NCBI GenBank assembly: GCA_018303405.1
Contig: JAGVYD010000009.1
Coordinates: forward strand, 64,856 to 128,855
Length of the DNA stretch: 64,000 nt
Origin: Candidatus Woesearchaeota archaeon
GTDB taxonomy: Archaea > Nanobdellota > Nanobdellia > Woesearchaeales > JABMPP01
Direction: 5' to 3'
In this document: positions 18,787-28,802 of the stretch, one piece after another
Numbering within the stretch: position 1 is the stretch's first letter
Layout: the number at the start of each line of letters is the position of its first letter
Position numbers and translations under genes: made by a program
Notes under the pieces: model-generated
Told to the model about the DNA's origin: nothing
Seen by the model: the letters and a program-made list of their open reading frames with translations, nothing else
The model's database searches: none

Positions 18787-19482
18787 TCAGTATCCGCCAA
18801 GGTAGATTTGCTGTATCTTCTTCATCTTCAGGATTTTCCTGTCGCCGTGCAGTGCAATCTTTCCGCTTTCGAGCACGTATATCTCATCAGCTATTGCTGT
18901 GGCCATCCTGGCATTTTGCTCTACCATGAGAATCGATGTCCCTTTATTGTTGATTTCCTGAATCTTCTGGAAAATCTGGCCGACAATCCTGGGCGCCAGG
19001 CCTATGGAAGGCTCGTCAAGCAGCAGGAGGCTTGGATTTTGCATCATGGCCCGGGCCATTGCAAGGAGCTGCTGCTGGCCTCCTGAAAGAGAAAATGCAT
19101 AGTCCTGCATCCGTGCCTTGAGGTCGGGGAACATCCCCATGATTTCCCCAATCCTTTTGCCGACCAGGTCAGGCTCCCTTGAGAGAAATGCCCCCATTTC
19201 AAGGTTTTCCTTTACGGTTAGGCTGGGAAATATTTGCCTTCCCTGCGGCACATAGCCGATGCCCAGCTCAATGAGCTCATATGTTGGAAGCCCGGTAATA
19301 TCCTTCCCATTCAGAAAAATATTCCCGCCATAAATAGTGGTCAAATTGAAAATGCTTTTCAGGACAGTGCTTTTGCCCGCGCCATTCGGGCCAATCAAGA
19401 CAGTTATGCCACCGCGCCTGACTGCCAAGTCCATGCCAAACAGTATTTGCAACTTTCCAAAGCCCCCCCAAGTTTCCTGCAT
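18787..19482 (-). CDS. livF: Branched-chain amino acid ABC transporter ATP-binding protein, LivF type.
   Basis: Walker A is GPNGAGKST. The signature is LSGGQQQ. About 230 aa. It is the last gene of the liv operon. Confidence 0.8.
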   Translation of the reverse strand: MQETWGGFGKLQILFGMDLAVRRGGITVLIGPNGAGKSTVLKSIFNLTTIYGGNIFLNGKDITGLPTYELIELGIGYVPQGRQIFPSLTVKENLEMGAFLSREPDLVGKRIGEIMGMFPDLKARMQDYAFSLSGGQQQLLAMARAMMQNPSLLLLDEPSIGLAPRIVGQIFQKIQEINNKGTSILMVEQNARMATAIADEIYVLESGKIALHGDRKILKMKKIQQIYLGGY

Positions 19483-19507
19483 TCAAGTATTGAATCAGCT
19501 GCTTTCC

Positions 19508-20233
19508 TCATTTGCCCAGATACACCTCAAGCACTTTTGGGTCCTTTCTAATGGCACAGGGGGGACCGCGGGTCAAAACCATGCCCTGCGCCATGACAAT
19601 TACCTCATCACTGATGTCCATGACAAAATCCATGTCGTGCTCAATTAGCAAAATTGTGCTCTTCTTTTTCTTGAGATTCCTTAAAATATTCTTCAGCTCC
19701 TGCCTTGCCTTTTGGTTAAGCCCAGCGGTTGGCTCATCCAGTAAAAGCAGTTTGTGCTCAAAAAGAAGCGCCCGCGCAATTTCCACAATCCTCTGCTGGC
19801 CATAGCTCAGGTCGCAACATGGAGTTGAAAGATCCTTGTAAAAATGCATGGAAGCAAGAAGCTCTTTAATAGCTTCAGGGCTGGCAGAAGAAGCAATTGT
19901 TAGGTTTTCAAGCACGGACAGATTCTTAAAAAGCCTTGCCTGCTGAAATGTCCTGCTTATGCCAGACAATGCGATTTCATGCACTTGCTTTCTTGTTATA
20001 TCCTTGCCATCGAGGAAGATCCTGCCGGTGTCAGACCGGATAACACCGGTTATTATGTTGAAGGCTGTTGTCTTGCCTGCGCCATTCGGGCCTATGAGCG
20101 AAGTTATTTTTCCCTCCTCAACTTGGAAGCTGCAGGATTCCACTGCATTCACGCCTCCAAAATGCTTGGAGACATTCCTGACTTCCAGAATGTTCCGGAT
20201 GTTCCCTGCTCCATTGCTGATGCGGCTAGTCAT
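19508..20233 (-). CDS. livG: Branched-chain amino acid ABC transporter ATP-binding protein, LivG type.
   Basis: Walker A is GPNGAGKTT. The signature is LSYGQQR. About 240 aa. Confidence 0.8.
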   Translation of the reverse strand: MTSRISNGAGNIRNILEVRNVSKHFGGVNAVESCSFQVEEGKITSLIGPNGAGKTTAFNIITGVIRSDTGRIFLDGKDITRKQVHEIALSGISRTFQQARLFKNLSVLENLTIASSASPEAIKELLASMHFYKDLSTPCCDLSYGQQRIVEIARALLFEHKLLLLDEPTAGLNQKARQELKNILRNLKKKKSTILLIEHDMDFVMDISDEVIVMAQGMVLTRGPPCAIRKDPKVLEVYLGK

Positions 20234-21086
20234 TCAGGTTCACCTTCCCGAAAAGGCCGCGCGGCCAGTACACAAGAATTGCAATTAGGATGGATGCGTA
20301 GATTATATCCCGCATCGGGCCAAGGATATCCGCCGGGAGCCCTGTAAATCTAACAGCCACACTAAAAAATGACACAATAAAAGCGCCAAGAATTGAGCCT
20401 TCCAAATGCCCCAGGCCTCCCAGATTCAGGGCAGACAATAAAAGTATAAGATAGCCAAGCTCAAATATTGATGGATCCAGGAATGTTATGTAATGTACAT
20501 AAAATGCCCCGGCAATGCCCGCAAAGAAGCCTGAAATGCCAAGTGATATTGCTTTGTAGATGGCAGGGTTCTTGCCAAGGACAGACACAGAAAGCTCATC
20601 GTCACGGATGCCCTGCATAATTTTGCCGATGCGTGAATTGGTCAAAATCTTGATTGAAATATAAGTAAGTGCGACCAGGGCAATGGCAATGATTAATGTG
20701 AGATTGTTGTCCTTGACAAGCCTGGAAAGGCCGGGCAACCCCAGAGCTCCCCTTGTCAGCGAAATCCAGTTCCTGGCAACAGCATACAAAATAAAGTTAA
20801 GGCCAAGCATGACAAGAGAGAGATAGTCCTTTTTCAGCCTCAGCGCAGGAATTGACATGAGAACCCCGAAAATGCAAGTCATGATTCCGGCAAACAGGAT
20901 GGAAATCCATGGATTGATGCCAAGCAGTTTAGAGAGCAATGCTGAACTGTAGGCTCCAAAACCTATTAATGCAACATGGCCAAGCTGGATGACACCAGTA
21001 TAGCCAAAGGCCAGGTTAAACGCCATCACATTAATTACAAATAAGGCGAGAATGATTCCTTCATGGACAAAATATTCATACGCCAT
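20226..21086 (-). CDS. livM: Branched-chain amino acid ABC transporter permease, LivM type.
   Basis: Polytopic permease. It overlaps livG by 8 bp and abuts livH. Confidence 0.75.
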   Translation of the reverse strand: MAYEYFVHEGIILALFVINVMAFNLAFGYTGVIQLGHVALIGFGAYSSALLSKLLGINPWISILFAGIMTCIFGVLMSIPALRLKKDYLSLVMLGLNFILYAVARNWISLTRGALGLPGLSRLVKDNNLTLIIAIALVALTYISIKILTNSRIGKIMQGIRDDELSVSVLGKNPAIYKAISLGISGFFAGIAGAFYVHYITFLDPSIFELGYLILLLSALNLGGLGHLEGSILGAFIVSFFSVAVRFTGLPADILGPMRDIIYASILIAILVYWPRGLFGKVNLND

Positions 21087-21967
21087 TATGAAACATCCTC
21101 CCGTTTCTTGCGGCCAAGCAGCCCGTATGGCCTGAACAGCAAGAAGACAAAGAGCAGCATGAATGAAATTGCGTCCTTATATCCTGAGGGGATATACCAA
21201 ATGCCAAAATTTTCTGCAAATCCCAGAAGGTAGCTTCCGAGCACTGTGCCGTGCAGCAACCCGACGCCACCCATGATTGAGGCGGCAAATCCCTTGACAA
21301 TTAACATGAGGCCCATTTGAGGATAAAGGTTGTTCTCCATGCCAATCAGGATTCCGGCCACACCCGCAAGCAGGGAAGCAAGTATAGCAGTAACCATGTA
21401 AACTTTTTCTGGGTCAATCCCCACAATCTGCGCAACGTCCTTATTGTCTGCCAGAGCGCGCATGGCCTTGCCTATCTTGGTTCTGAAAGAAATCCAGTAA
21501 AGGAATGCTATGACCAAAATTGAGGCTGCAATTATAAACAACTGGATATCAGTCATTCGCGCACCAAGAATCTCATGCGACACATTGTTTGCCTTGATAA
21601 TCTTGACATCTGAACTGAATGCAATGAGCAATAATGAACTAAGAAGCGTCAAAAGCGCCAAGGATGCAATCATCATGACTGTGTAGCTTGCATTGCGCCT
21701 GCGCAACTGCCTGAAAACAACAAAATCCAGGGCAAGCCCAAGGATTATTGTGGCCACAATTACGAGAGGTATGACCAGCAGGAAATGGCCAATAGCCAGC
21801 TTAGAATAAAACAGGTAGGTCATATAACCGGCAAAGGCAACCATTGAGCCAATAGCGAAATTCTGGAATTTGTTGACTGAGTATATAAGAGAAAAACCGC
21901 TGGCAACCAGCATGTAGATGCTGCCTGCGATTAAGCCATTGACCAGCAATTGCATGAAGACTGACAT
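21086..21967 (-). CDS. livH: Branched-chain amino acid ABC transporter permease, LivH type.
   Basis: Polytopic permease with the GFAENFGIWY region typical of LivH. Confidence 0.75.
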   Translation of the reverse strand: MSVFMQLLVNGLIAGSIYMLVASGFSLIYSVNKFQNFAIGSMVAFAGYMTYLFYSKLAIGHFLLVIPLVIVATIILGLALDFVVFRQLRRRNASYTVMMIASLALLTLLSSLLLIAFSSDVKIIKANNVSHEILGARMTDIQLFIIAASILVIAFLYWISFRTKIGKAMRALADNKDVAQIVGIDPEKVYMVTAILASLLAGVAGILIGMENNLYPQMGLMLIVKGFAASIMGGVGLLHGTVLGSYLLGFAENFGIWYIPSGYKDAISFMLLFVFLLFRPYGLLGRKKREDVS

Positions 21968-22049
21968 TTTAAGAATTTAAAACAAAAGGGTATTTAACCC
22001 TTTTGCAAAATGCCGCCGGGAAATTTCCCCGGCAGTTAAAAAAGCCGGA

Positions 22050-23261
22050 TTAAGCCGTTGCAATCTCCACTGCCTTCCCACCAGTTATCTTCTTTACAGA
22101 GTAAGGCAGCAAAGGATCGCCATTCTCGTCAAAAGTCAGCTTGCCAATGGCGCCATTGTAATCCTTCACAGAGTAAAGATTGTCCCTGATCTTGTCAGTG
22201 TCCTCGCCATATAAGGAGATGGCATCTGAAACCAGGTAAACAGCGTCATAGACTCCTGCCACAAACTGAGGCCATGGAACTTCCTCGCCAGTCTGCTCCT
22301 TGTATTTGGCAAATAGTGCAGCTGTTGTCGGGGATGTGTCATCCACTTTGGGCTCAATCCCTATCGCTCCTTCTATAAGCTCGGAATTTTCAGCAATGAA
22401 ATCCCGGCCAAGCAAAACCTCACTTGCAACGATCTCCTGTTCCATGCCTGATTCCTTGAGCTGTTTCAGCAATAAGGTTGCTTTTGCCGGAGTTTGGGCG
22501 ACAATATATATTACATCGGGATTTGCGTTCTTGGCTTTCAGCACCTGTGTCCTCATGTCAGTGTCCTCTGAAGAAAATGTTTCATCTGCGACAACCGCGC
22601 CACCCAGCAATTCAAAATTTTCCTTGAACACTTTCCTAAGGCCCTGCGCATAATCGGTTGTCTCTGAGAAAACAACTGCCTTGGACCTGCCCAAATCATC
22701 AGATGCGTACTTGGCTGCGACTTCCCCTGCAAATGCATCGGAAGGTGCAATCCTGAAAACATAGTCGCCTGCTGCTGTGATGTCGGGCGATGTTGCTGAT
22801 GGGGAGATTAAGATGACCTTAGCGGCCTCTGTAATCGGTGCCGCGCCGAGAGTTTCACCCGAGCAGGCTCCGCCGATAATCACCTTGACTTTGTCCACAT
22901 TCACGAGCTTTTGGGCTGCAGATGCCCCATCCTTGGGACTGCATTTGCTGTCCTCTGTGACAAATTCTATCATCTTTCCATTGATGCCGCCTTTGGCGTT
23001 TATCTCATCAGCTGCAATGAAAGCTGCTGTCCTGATTGGATTTCCGTATGCTGTTGCGTCGCCGCTTAGAGGCAGCATCAGGCCAAGCTTGACAGTTTCT
23101 GTTGTTGCCTGCGCATCTGGTTCTCCGGATGTTTCAGTTTCGCCGTTTGCGGGCCGTACATCCGGAACACCGTTCTGTGCGACAGGCGTGCACCCAATCA
23201 TTAGGATGACCAGTGCCGCCAATCCTGCCAGAAATAATTTATTTGTCTGCATTATCTGCAC
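22050..23261 (-). CDS. livK: Liv-type periplasmic substrate-binding lipoprotein (type I PBP fold).
   Basis: A signal peptide with a lipobox (LMIGC) is followed by a PBP1-like domain (GLMLPLSGDATAYG...). It is the first gene of the transporter operon. Confidence 0.75.
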   Translation of the reverse strand: MQIMQTNKLFLAGLAALVILMIGCTPVAQNGVPDVRPANGETETSGEPDAQATTETVKLGLMLPLSGDATAYGNPIRTAAFIAADEINAKGGINGKMIEFVTEDSKCSPKDGASAAQKLVNVDKVKVIIGGACSGETLGAAPITEAAKVILISPSATSPDITAAGDYVFRIAPSDAFAGEVAAKYASDDLGRSKAVVFSETTDYAQGLRKVFKENFELLGGAVVADETFSSEDTDMRTQVLKAKNANPDVIYIVAQTPAKATLLLKQLKESGMEQEIVASEVLLGRDFIAENSELIEGAIGIEPKVDDTSPTTAALFAKYKEQTGEEVPWPQFVAGVYDAVYLVSDAISLYGEDTDKIRDNLYSVKDYNGAIGKLTFDENGDPLLPYSVKKITGGKAVEIATA

Positions 23262-23416
23262 CCCCTAGTTTGGTTATTAATGATTAAATCGTGATTAAAT
23301 CCCTGAAAATGCAAATGCTGGAAATATTTTTTATTCATTATTTATAAAGCTACCGACTGCATCGTATTGTTCATCCTGTAGATGTTAACCGTCGGCTGTT
23401 AAGAATTCGGATGTTT

Positions 23417-23995
23417 TTAAGCATTTTTCCATTCAAAATGGCCAAGAACCGAATTATTTAATTCATTCTTGTATTGTTCCCATTGTGGCATAAATGAATC
23501 CATTAAATCGTGGAATCGTTCTGTATGGGTTTTTTCTAATAAGTGCGTCATCTCATGCGCGATCACATATTCTGTTAATTTAAGCGGATTTTTTGCTAAT
23601 TCAAGATTAAGCCATATTCTCTTATCTTTTGGGTTGCTTGTTCTCCATTTAGTTTTCATCTTCTTAACTTTAACTTCGTTTACTTGAACACCAGTTACCT
23701 TCTGCCATTTTTCAACAAGAGGGGGAAGTTGCTTTTTTAGTTCTCTTCTGTAAAAATTATTTAGCGTTTCTTCTCTTTTCTCTGTGCTGGCTTTTGGATT
23801 AATATGCAAGTCAATGTGTGTTTTTCTTTTAATCTCTACTTTTGGATTTCCGTCTGTATGCACAATATTTAATCGGTATCTGTTTCCTAGGAAGTAATGA
23901 CTTTCCCCAGAAATGCTACAAGCCCCAGATAACATTTTATCTGTATCTGCAGAAAAACCTAGCAGGAAACTTGCTTTTCTTAACACACAGCACAA
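23417..23995 (-). CDS. DUF45/YgjP-family (WLM/SprT-like) zinc metallopeptidase.
   Basis: An HExxH motif (VIAHEMTHLLEKTH) sits near the C-terminus. The N-terminal beta-rich region is typical of YgjP-like proteins. It lies in an A+T-rich block. Confidence 0.6.
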   Translation of the reverse strand: MCCVLRKASFLLGFSADTDKMLSGACSISGESHYFLGNRYRLNIVHTDGNPKVEIKRKTHIDLHINPKASTEKREETLNNFYRRELKKQLPPLVEKWQKVTGVQVNEVKVKKMKTKWRTSNPKDKRIWLNLELAKNPLKLTEYVIAHEMTHLLEKTHTERFHDLMDSFMPQWEQYKNELNNSVLGHFEWKNA

Positions 23996-24076
23996 TGTAA
24001 CAATTAGGGACTAAAATGGGACAAAAAAGATTTGAAAAAAGAAGTTTTATAAATATGGATGTTCATTTATAAATGA

Positions 24077-25375
24077 ATGATTAAATCAATTGTGCCAAAT
24101 CCATTTTCAAAGGATTCGAGTTTAGCTGATTTAACTAAAAAAGCTGAATTAATCAAAGAAGGGCTTAGCTTCACAATCATAATAAAGAATATTATTTTTC
24201 TGGCAGTATTGGGATTTATCCTTTCAAAGTTTTTTCAGATACCTTTGAATATTATTTTGATACTGGTTGGTACAGAAATTATTATCACTCTAATAGCTGG
24301 TTATCTAAAAATTATTAAATTAAAAGCAGTATATGATATAAATACAGCCAATAATGATGCTAAAGGATATAGAACTCTAATAATAACAAGTGAATATTAT
24401 GAGTTAATAAAAACCATCTTTGGTGTTATTGCACATATTTTTTCAATAGGTTTAATTTTTCTTTTTTTTCATAAGGAAATTTCTAACATTGTTACCTCAA
24501 GCATACCTTTAAACCAGATATCATTAAAATATTTTGTATTCATATTCTTAGGATTCAAAATTTTCGATTTCTTTATGAAATTAGTAAGATACTCTTGGAT
24601 TAAAAATATAAAAGAAAGTAATAATTTTGATGAAGTCAATCAAGATTATCTAATAATCGAAAAAAAGCTTGAATTAGTAAAGTTTATTCCGTTTATGTTC
24701 ATTTTCCTTGTTATTCTGTTCTTCTTAAAAGTTCCTTTCTTCATCCCTTTAATTTTTGGTGGATTTATGATTTTAATGTTAATTCTTTCAATAATAGAAT
24801 TAAAAAGAATTAAAAATGTAAAATTTAGGGAAAATCAATCCAAAGAATATGTAGATATAGATAAAACCACAATTCAACATCAAATTATGTCTTACCAAAA
24901 TGAACAAATAGTATTCTCTATTTTTGGCATACTTAAAACTGCAGCGAGTTTCAAGGACATTTTTAAGCCATTTGGTTCAGCAACTTTAGGTGCTGGAAAA
25001 ACATATTTTCCAGAAAATACTTTATTTGTAACAAACTATAGATTATTGCTAGTTCAAGTGCCTGTTTCTGGAGGAAATAAAATAGTTGGTGAAGTTGATT
25101 ATGTTCAAAACAATTTCTTTTACAACCGATCTGAAATAAGACAGAAAGGAGAACAAATGCTAAAAACAATGGGTCTAACTCAAATTTTATCTTATGCAAT
25201 GAATGATTTTCTATATTCAGATATAAAGTTAGTGACTTTAAAAGGAAATGCTCAGATAATAATAGAAAAAAATAATGGTGAAAAATACAGTTGCACTTTT
25301 TTAGACAAAGAATATGCTGAACCCCTAAAGAAAGCATTATCTTTCTATTTGAAAGAGAAATTTACTCAGAAATAA
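24077..25375 (+). CDS. Membrane protein with a C-terminal bacterial PH (bPH_2/YdbT-like) domain.
   Basis: Several N-terminal TM helices. The C-terminus contains TLFVTNYRLLLVQ, the hallmark of bPH_2 domains. Codon usage is very A+T-rich compared with the flanks. Confidence 0.5.
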   Translation: MIKSIVPNPFSKDSSLADLTKKAELIKEGLSFTIIIKNIIFLAVLGFILSKFFQIPLNIILILVGTEIIITLIAGYLKIIKLKAVYDINTANNDAKGYRTLIITSEYYELIKTIFGVIAHIFSIGLIFLFFHKEISNIVTSSIPLNQISLKYFVFIFLGFKIFDFFMKLVRYSWIKNIKESNNFDEVNQDYLIIEKKLELVKFIPFMFIFLVILFFLKVPFFIPLIFGGFMILMLILSIIELKRIKNVKFRENQSKEYVDIDKTTIQHQIMSYQNEQIVFSIFGILKTAASFKDIFKPFGSATLGAGKTYFPENTLFVTNYRLLLVQVPVSGGNKIVGEVDYVQNNFFYNRSEIRQKGEQMLKTMGLTQILSYAMNDFLYSDIKLVTLKGNAQIIIEKNNGEKYSCTFLDKEYAEPLKKALSFYLKEKFTQK

Positions 25376-25407
25376 AACAATTCTAATTCAAGGATTATAT
25401 TTTAGAG

Positions 25408-25602
25408 CTATTCATATCCAGAAACCACGCATTGTCCATCTATCATAGCTTCTTGCAGAGGATTTTCAACTTGTTTTCCATCAATAGTATAATTAGTTTG
25501 CGTAACTCCACTTCCAAGATCTGCCTGAACTGAAGTTCCTACAGATTCTGCTTTGGCAAACAACCGATGAATTTTTGTATCCAGTCTTTTTTCCTTTTCC
25601 AT
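25408..25602 (-). CDS. Small hypothetical protein of 64 aa.
   Basis: An ORF of normal G+C composition sits between the AT-rich islet and glyS. No recognizable motif. Confidence 0.25.
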   Translation of the reverse strand: MEKEKRLDTKIHRLFAKAESVGTSVQADLGSGVTQTNYTIDGKQVENPLQEAMIDGQCVVSGYE

Positions 25603-25693
25603 GGCAGAGTCGCACCTCTGCCCTGCCCCAACTCAGGGCTAACGCCCCCGCCTAAACATAAAATTAATATACATCGCGGATTAGCTTGTTTCC

Positions 25694-27178
25694 ATGGCAA
25701 GCATTGAAGAAATGACTGTATTTTGCAAAAAGAAGGGAATTGTCTTTATGAATTCAGAGCTGTATGGCGGCTATTCAGGGTTCTGGGATTTTGGCCCGTG
25801 TGGGGTTGAGATCAAGAACAACATCAAATCAGCGCTTTGGCGAAGATTTGTCCAGCAAAGGGATGATGTTGTCGGGCTGGATGGCGCAATAATAAGCCAT
25901 CCGAAAGTATGGCAGGCTTCAGGGCATGTGAGCTCATTCACTGATTTTCTTTTGGATTGCACAAAATGCAAGATGAGGTTCAGGGCAGACCTGCTGCTCG
26001 AGGATGCTGCAGGAGTGGCCACCGAGGGCATGAGGATAGAGGAGATTGAAAGGCTGCTGGAAAAGCACAAGGTAAAGTGCCCGCAGTGCAAAGGAGACCT
26101 TGCAACGCCAAAAAAATTCAACCTGATGCTCAGGACAAATGTCGGGCCTGTTGAATCGGACTCATCAATCTCATACCTGAGGCCTGAAACTGCCCAGCTC
26201 ATTTTCTCGAATATGAGGATAGTGGTCGAAACCGCAAGGCTAAAGCTCCCATTCGGGATTGCCCAGACCGGCAAGGCCTTCCGAAATGAAATTTCGCCAA
26301 GGGATTTTCTTTTTAGGAGCAGGGAATTTGAGCAATTTGAGATAGAATATTTTGTAAACCCGTCAAAGAAAAATACGTGCCCTTTTTTCAGGGAGATTGA
26401 GGATATGGAAGCAAATGTGCTCCTGGCTGATGAAAAAGAGATGCGAAAAACAACATTCAAGAAGATGGTTTCCACCGGAAAATTTGCCACTGAATGGCAT
26501 GCGTACTGGGTCGCATCATTCTATCGTTTTTTCACTGATTACGGGATTAAGGCCAAGAACCTGAGGCTCAGGGAGCACCACAAGGAAGAGCTGGCGCATT
26601 ATGCCTCAGCATGTTTTGACATTGAATACAATTTCCCGTTTGGCTGGAAGGAAATACACGGGAATGCTGACAGGGGGATATTTGACCTGGAGCAGCATAT
26701 GAAGTTTTCAGGCAAGGACCTCTCATTATTTGACGAGGAAACCAAGTCCAAGATTGTGCCCTATGTGGCGTCAGAGCCTTCGCAGGGGATAGAGCGGGCA
26801 ATGCTTGCATTTTTATTTGATGCATATGATGATGACAAGGAAAGGGGCAATATTGTTCTCAGGCTTCATCCTGCTTTGGCATCCACAAAGGTGGCAGTGT
26901 TTCCCTTGGTCTCCAACAAAGAAGAATTGACAAGCTTCACCAGGAATGTTTATTCCAAGCTGAAGCGGGAATTTTCCTGCTCTTATGACCAGTCAGGAAG
27001 CATTGGCAGGAGGTATGCCAGGGCAGATGAGATTGGGATTCCATTTTGCGTAACTGTTGACTTTGACTCACTCAATGACAGTACAGTGACGGTCAGGAAC
27101 AGGGATGATACAACGCAGATAAGGGTCAAGATAAACGAACTCGCGGCGCATTTAGCTGCTGTAATGAATAATGGCTGA
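25694..27178 (+). CDS. glyS: Glycine--tRNA ligase, the archaeal/eukaryotic alpha2 type.
   Basis: The N-terminus (FMNSELYGGYSGFWDFGPCG) is diagnostic. Class II motifs and a C-terminal anticodon-binding domain are present. Confidence 0.85.
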   Translation: MASIEEMTVFCKKKGIVFMNSELYGGYSGFWDFGPCGVEIKNNIKSALWRRFVQQRDDVVGLDGAIISHPKVWQASGHVSSFTDFLLDCTKCKMRFRADLLLEDAAGVATEGMRIEEIERLLEKHKVKCPQCKGDLATPKKFNLMLRTNVGPVESDSSISYLRPETAQLIFSNMRIVVETARLKLPFGIAQTGKAFRNEISPRDFLFRSREFEQFEIEYFVNPSKKNTCPFFREIEDMEANVLLADEKEMRKTTFKKMVSTGKFATEWHAYWVASFYRFFTDYGIKAKNLRLREHHKEELAHYASACFDIEYNFPFGWKEIHGNADRGIFDLEQHMKFSGKDLSLFDEETKSKIVPYVASEPSQGIERAMLAFLFDAYDDDKERGNIVLRLHPALASTKVAVFPLVSNKEELTSFTRNVYSKLKREFSCSYDQSGSIGRRYARADEIGIPFCVTVDFDSLNDSTVTVRNRDDTTQIRVKINELAAHLAAVMNNG

Positions 27179-27385
27179 ATGACATTTGGATAGAAGGGCA
27201 ACAAATGCACAGGCAGGCCAGGAGAGCATGATTGCGTAACATTTATATACATTCCAGTTAATAGCTACCCTTGGCAGAAGCATTAGGGATTCGGATTAGC
27301 AGGTTAATTATGGGTATATGCTCAAGTACATTTACATCATAAACATAACATAGAGATTGATATTGCAAATAAAAGTGGTGAAAAG

Positions 27386-28072
27386 ATGGCTCTTTTTGGC
27401 TTAAGCAAGAAAAAGGAAGAGGCTTCCATGCCTCCGCCTCCATTCTCTGATTCTGCAACAAACTTGCCGCCTGACCAGCTTGGCGCTTTCCAGCAGCCAG
27501 GAACACCAGACGACCTAATGGGCCAGCCGCAGCAGCAGGGAGGGTACCCAGCGAGCCAGCCATACCAGTCCTACAATACCATGGGCCAGGCTGACATGCA
27601 GCAGGGAGGCAATCCAATGGACTATGGGCAATATCCCGACCCGCAGGACATGGGAAGCCAGGGGCAGCCAATGGACCAGCCATATTATGGCCAGCATCCA
27701 GGCAGCTATCAGCAGAATTACCCAGCAGGGAGCCCTGATGAAAAAATTGAGGAAATTGCAGAAGCCATTATTGAAGAAAAATGGAATGAGCTTGTCAAGA
27801 ATGTCAACAAGATTATTGAATGGAAAGACAAGACTGAGTCCAGGATTACACAATTGGAGCAGAGGATGAATGATATCCGGGCTGACTTTGAAACACTGCA
27901 CAAGGGCATTCTCGGCAAGGTTGGCGAATATGACCAAAACCTCACTAACCTTGGTGCGGAAATAAAGGCCATGGAAAAGGTATTTTCCAAGATCCTGCCA
28001 ACTTTCACTGAAAATGTCAATGAGCTGTCAAGGCTCGCCAAGGACCTTAAGATGAAATCCTCCAGCAAATAG
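27386..28072 (+). CDS. Hypothetical protein with an N-terminal Q/P/Y/G-rich low-complexity region and a C-terminal coiled coil.
   Basis: Residues 15-120 are about 50% Q/P/G/Y/M, including repeated QQQGGYP, QPYQSY and DQPYYGQHPGSYQQNYP tracts. Residues 125-225 form a strong heptad/coiled-coil segment. Confidence 0.5.
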   Translation: MALFGLSKKKEEASMPPPPFSDSATNLPPDQLGAFQQPGTPDDLMGQPQQQGGYPASQPYQSYNTMGQADMQQGGNPMDYGQYPDPQDMGSQGQPMDQPYYGQHPGSYQQNYPAGSPDEKIEEIAEAIIEEKWNELVKNVNKIIEWKDKTESRITQLEQRMNDIRADFETLHKGILGKVGEYDQNLTNLGAEIKAMEKVFSKILPTFTENVNELSRLAKDLKMKSSSK

Positions 28073-28180
28073 ATGCAAGATAAGGAATAATAGGTGTAAT
28101 AGATCCAAATTCTGTTTTATATTGCCTGTTTAATATTGCTGTAACAATATGGATTTGCCTGGAGAAATTCGCCAGCCTGA

Positions 28181-28750
28181 TTAGTCAAGCTTGACCTTGC
28201 TGGACAGCGTTGTGATTGTGAACACCCCAATCAGCATAAGGAAGATGAGGCCAAGCACCTTTGGATGGAATATTGTTGCGAATAATGCGCTTGTTCCGGT
28301 TTCTCCCACATCCCCATCCACATTTGCCTGGGTCCCATTGACAGTGACGCCTACATTGTGCTCGCCACCGCTGAAAAACACAGTTCCCAGGCCGCCAAGA
28401 AGGATAATCACGCTAAAAATCATAATCCAATAGACAATGGACTTGTTATGGATCATGGCATCCTTGATATCAGAGTCAGTTGCCCCTAACATCTTATATG
28501 CTATAACCATGAGAAGGATGAAAATAAACATCAGGACAAACCAAGGGGTAATGGTTGAAATTACAGTATTCACAGATGGCACAAGCAGCAGAGTAATTCC
28601 AATCAGGAACGCCACCAGGATGTGCAGCCCCTGCCTGTCCTTGAAGAGATTGATGTATTCAAGAATCCCGTACACAAGGACAATGATAAGCAACATAGAG
28701 AAGAGGAATGAGAACTTGTTCAATAGCCCGGTATCAAGAATAGTTGCCAT
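28181..28750 (-). CDS. Small polytopic membrane protein, member 1 of a tandem paralogous family.
   Basis: About 4 TM segments. The N-terminal segment is related to the two downstream paralogs. Confidence 0.45.
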   Translation of the reverse strand: MATILDTGLLNKFSFLFSMLLIIVLVYGILEYINLFKDRQGLHILVAFLIGITLLLVPSVNTVISTITPWFVLMFIFILLMVIAYKMLGATDSDIKDAMIHNKSIVYWIMIFSVIILLGGLGTVFFSGGEHNVGVTVNGTQANVDGDVGETGTSALFATIFHPKVLGLIFLMLIGVFTITTLSSKVKLD

Positions 28751-28802
28751 TGTTTACACTTCCGAGCCCCTTAGAGCGGATTTAAAATAAAAATAAAAAA
28801 AA

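Noticed and set aside
25603-25693. Tandem short hairpins (GCAGAG-TCGCAC-CTCTGC and GCCCTG-CCCCAACT-CAGGGC) upstream of glyS.
   Set aside because: They are likely a simple terminator or attenuator for flanking genes and too short to call an ncRNA. I noted them only.
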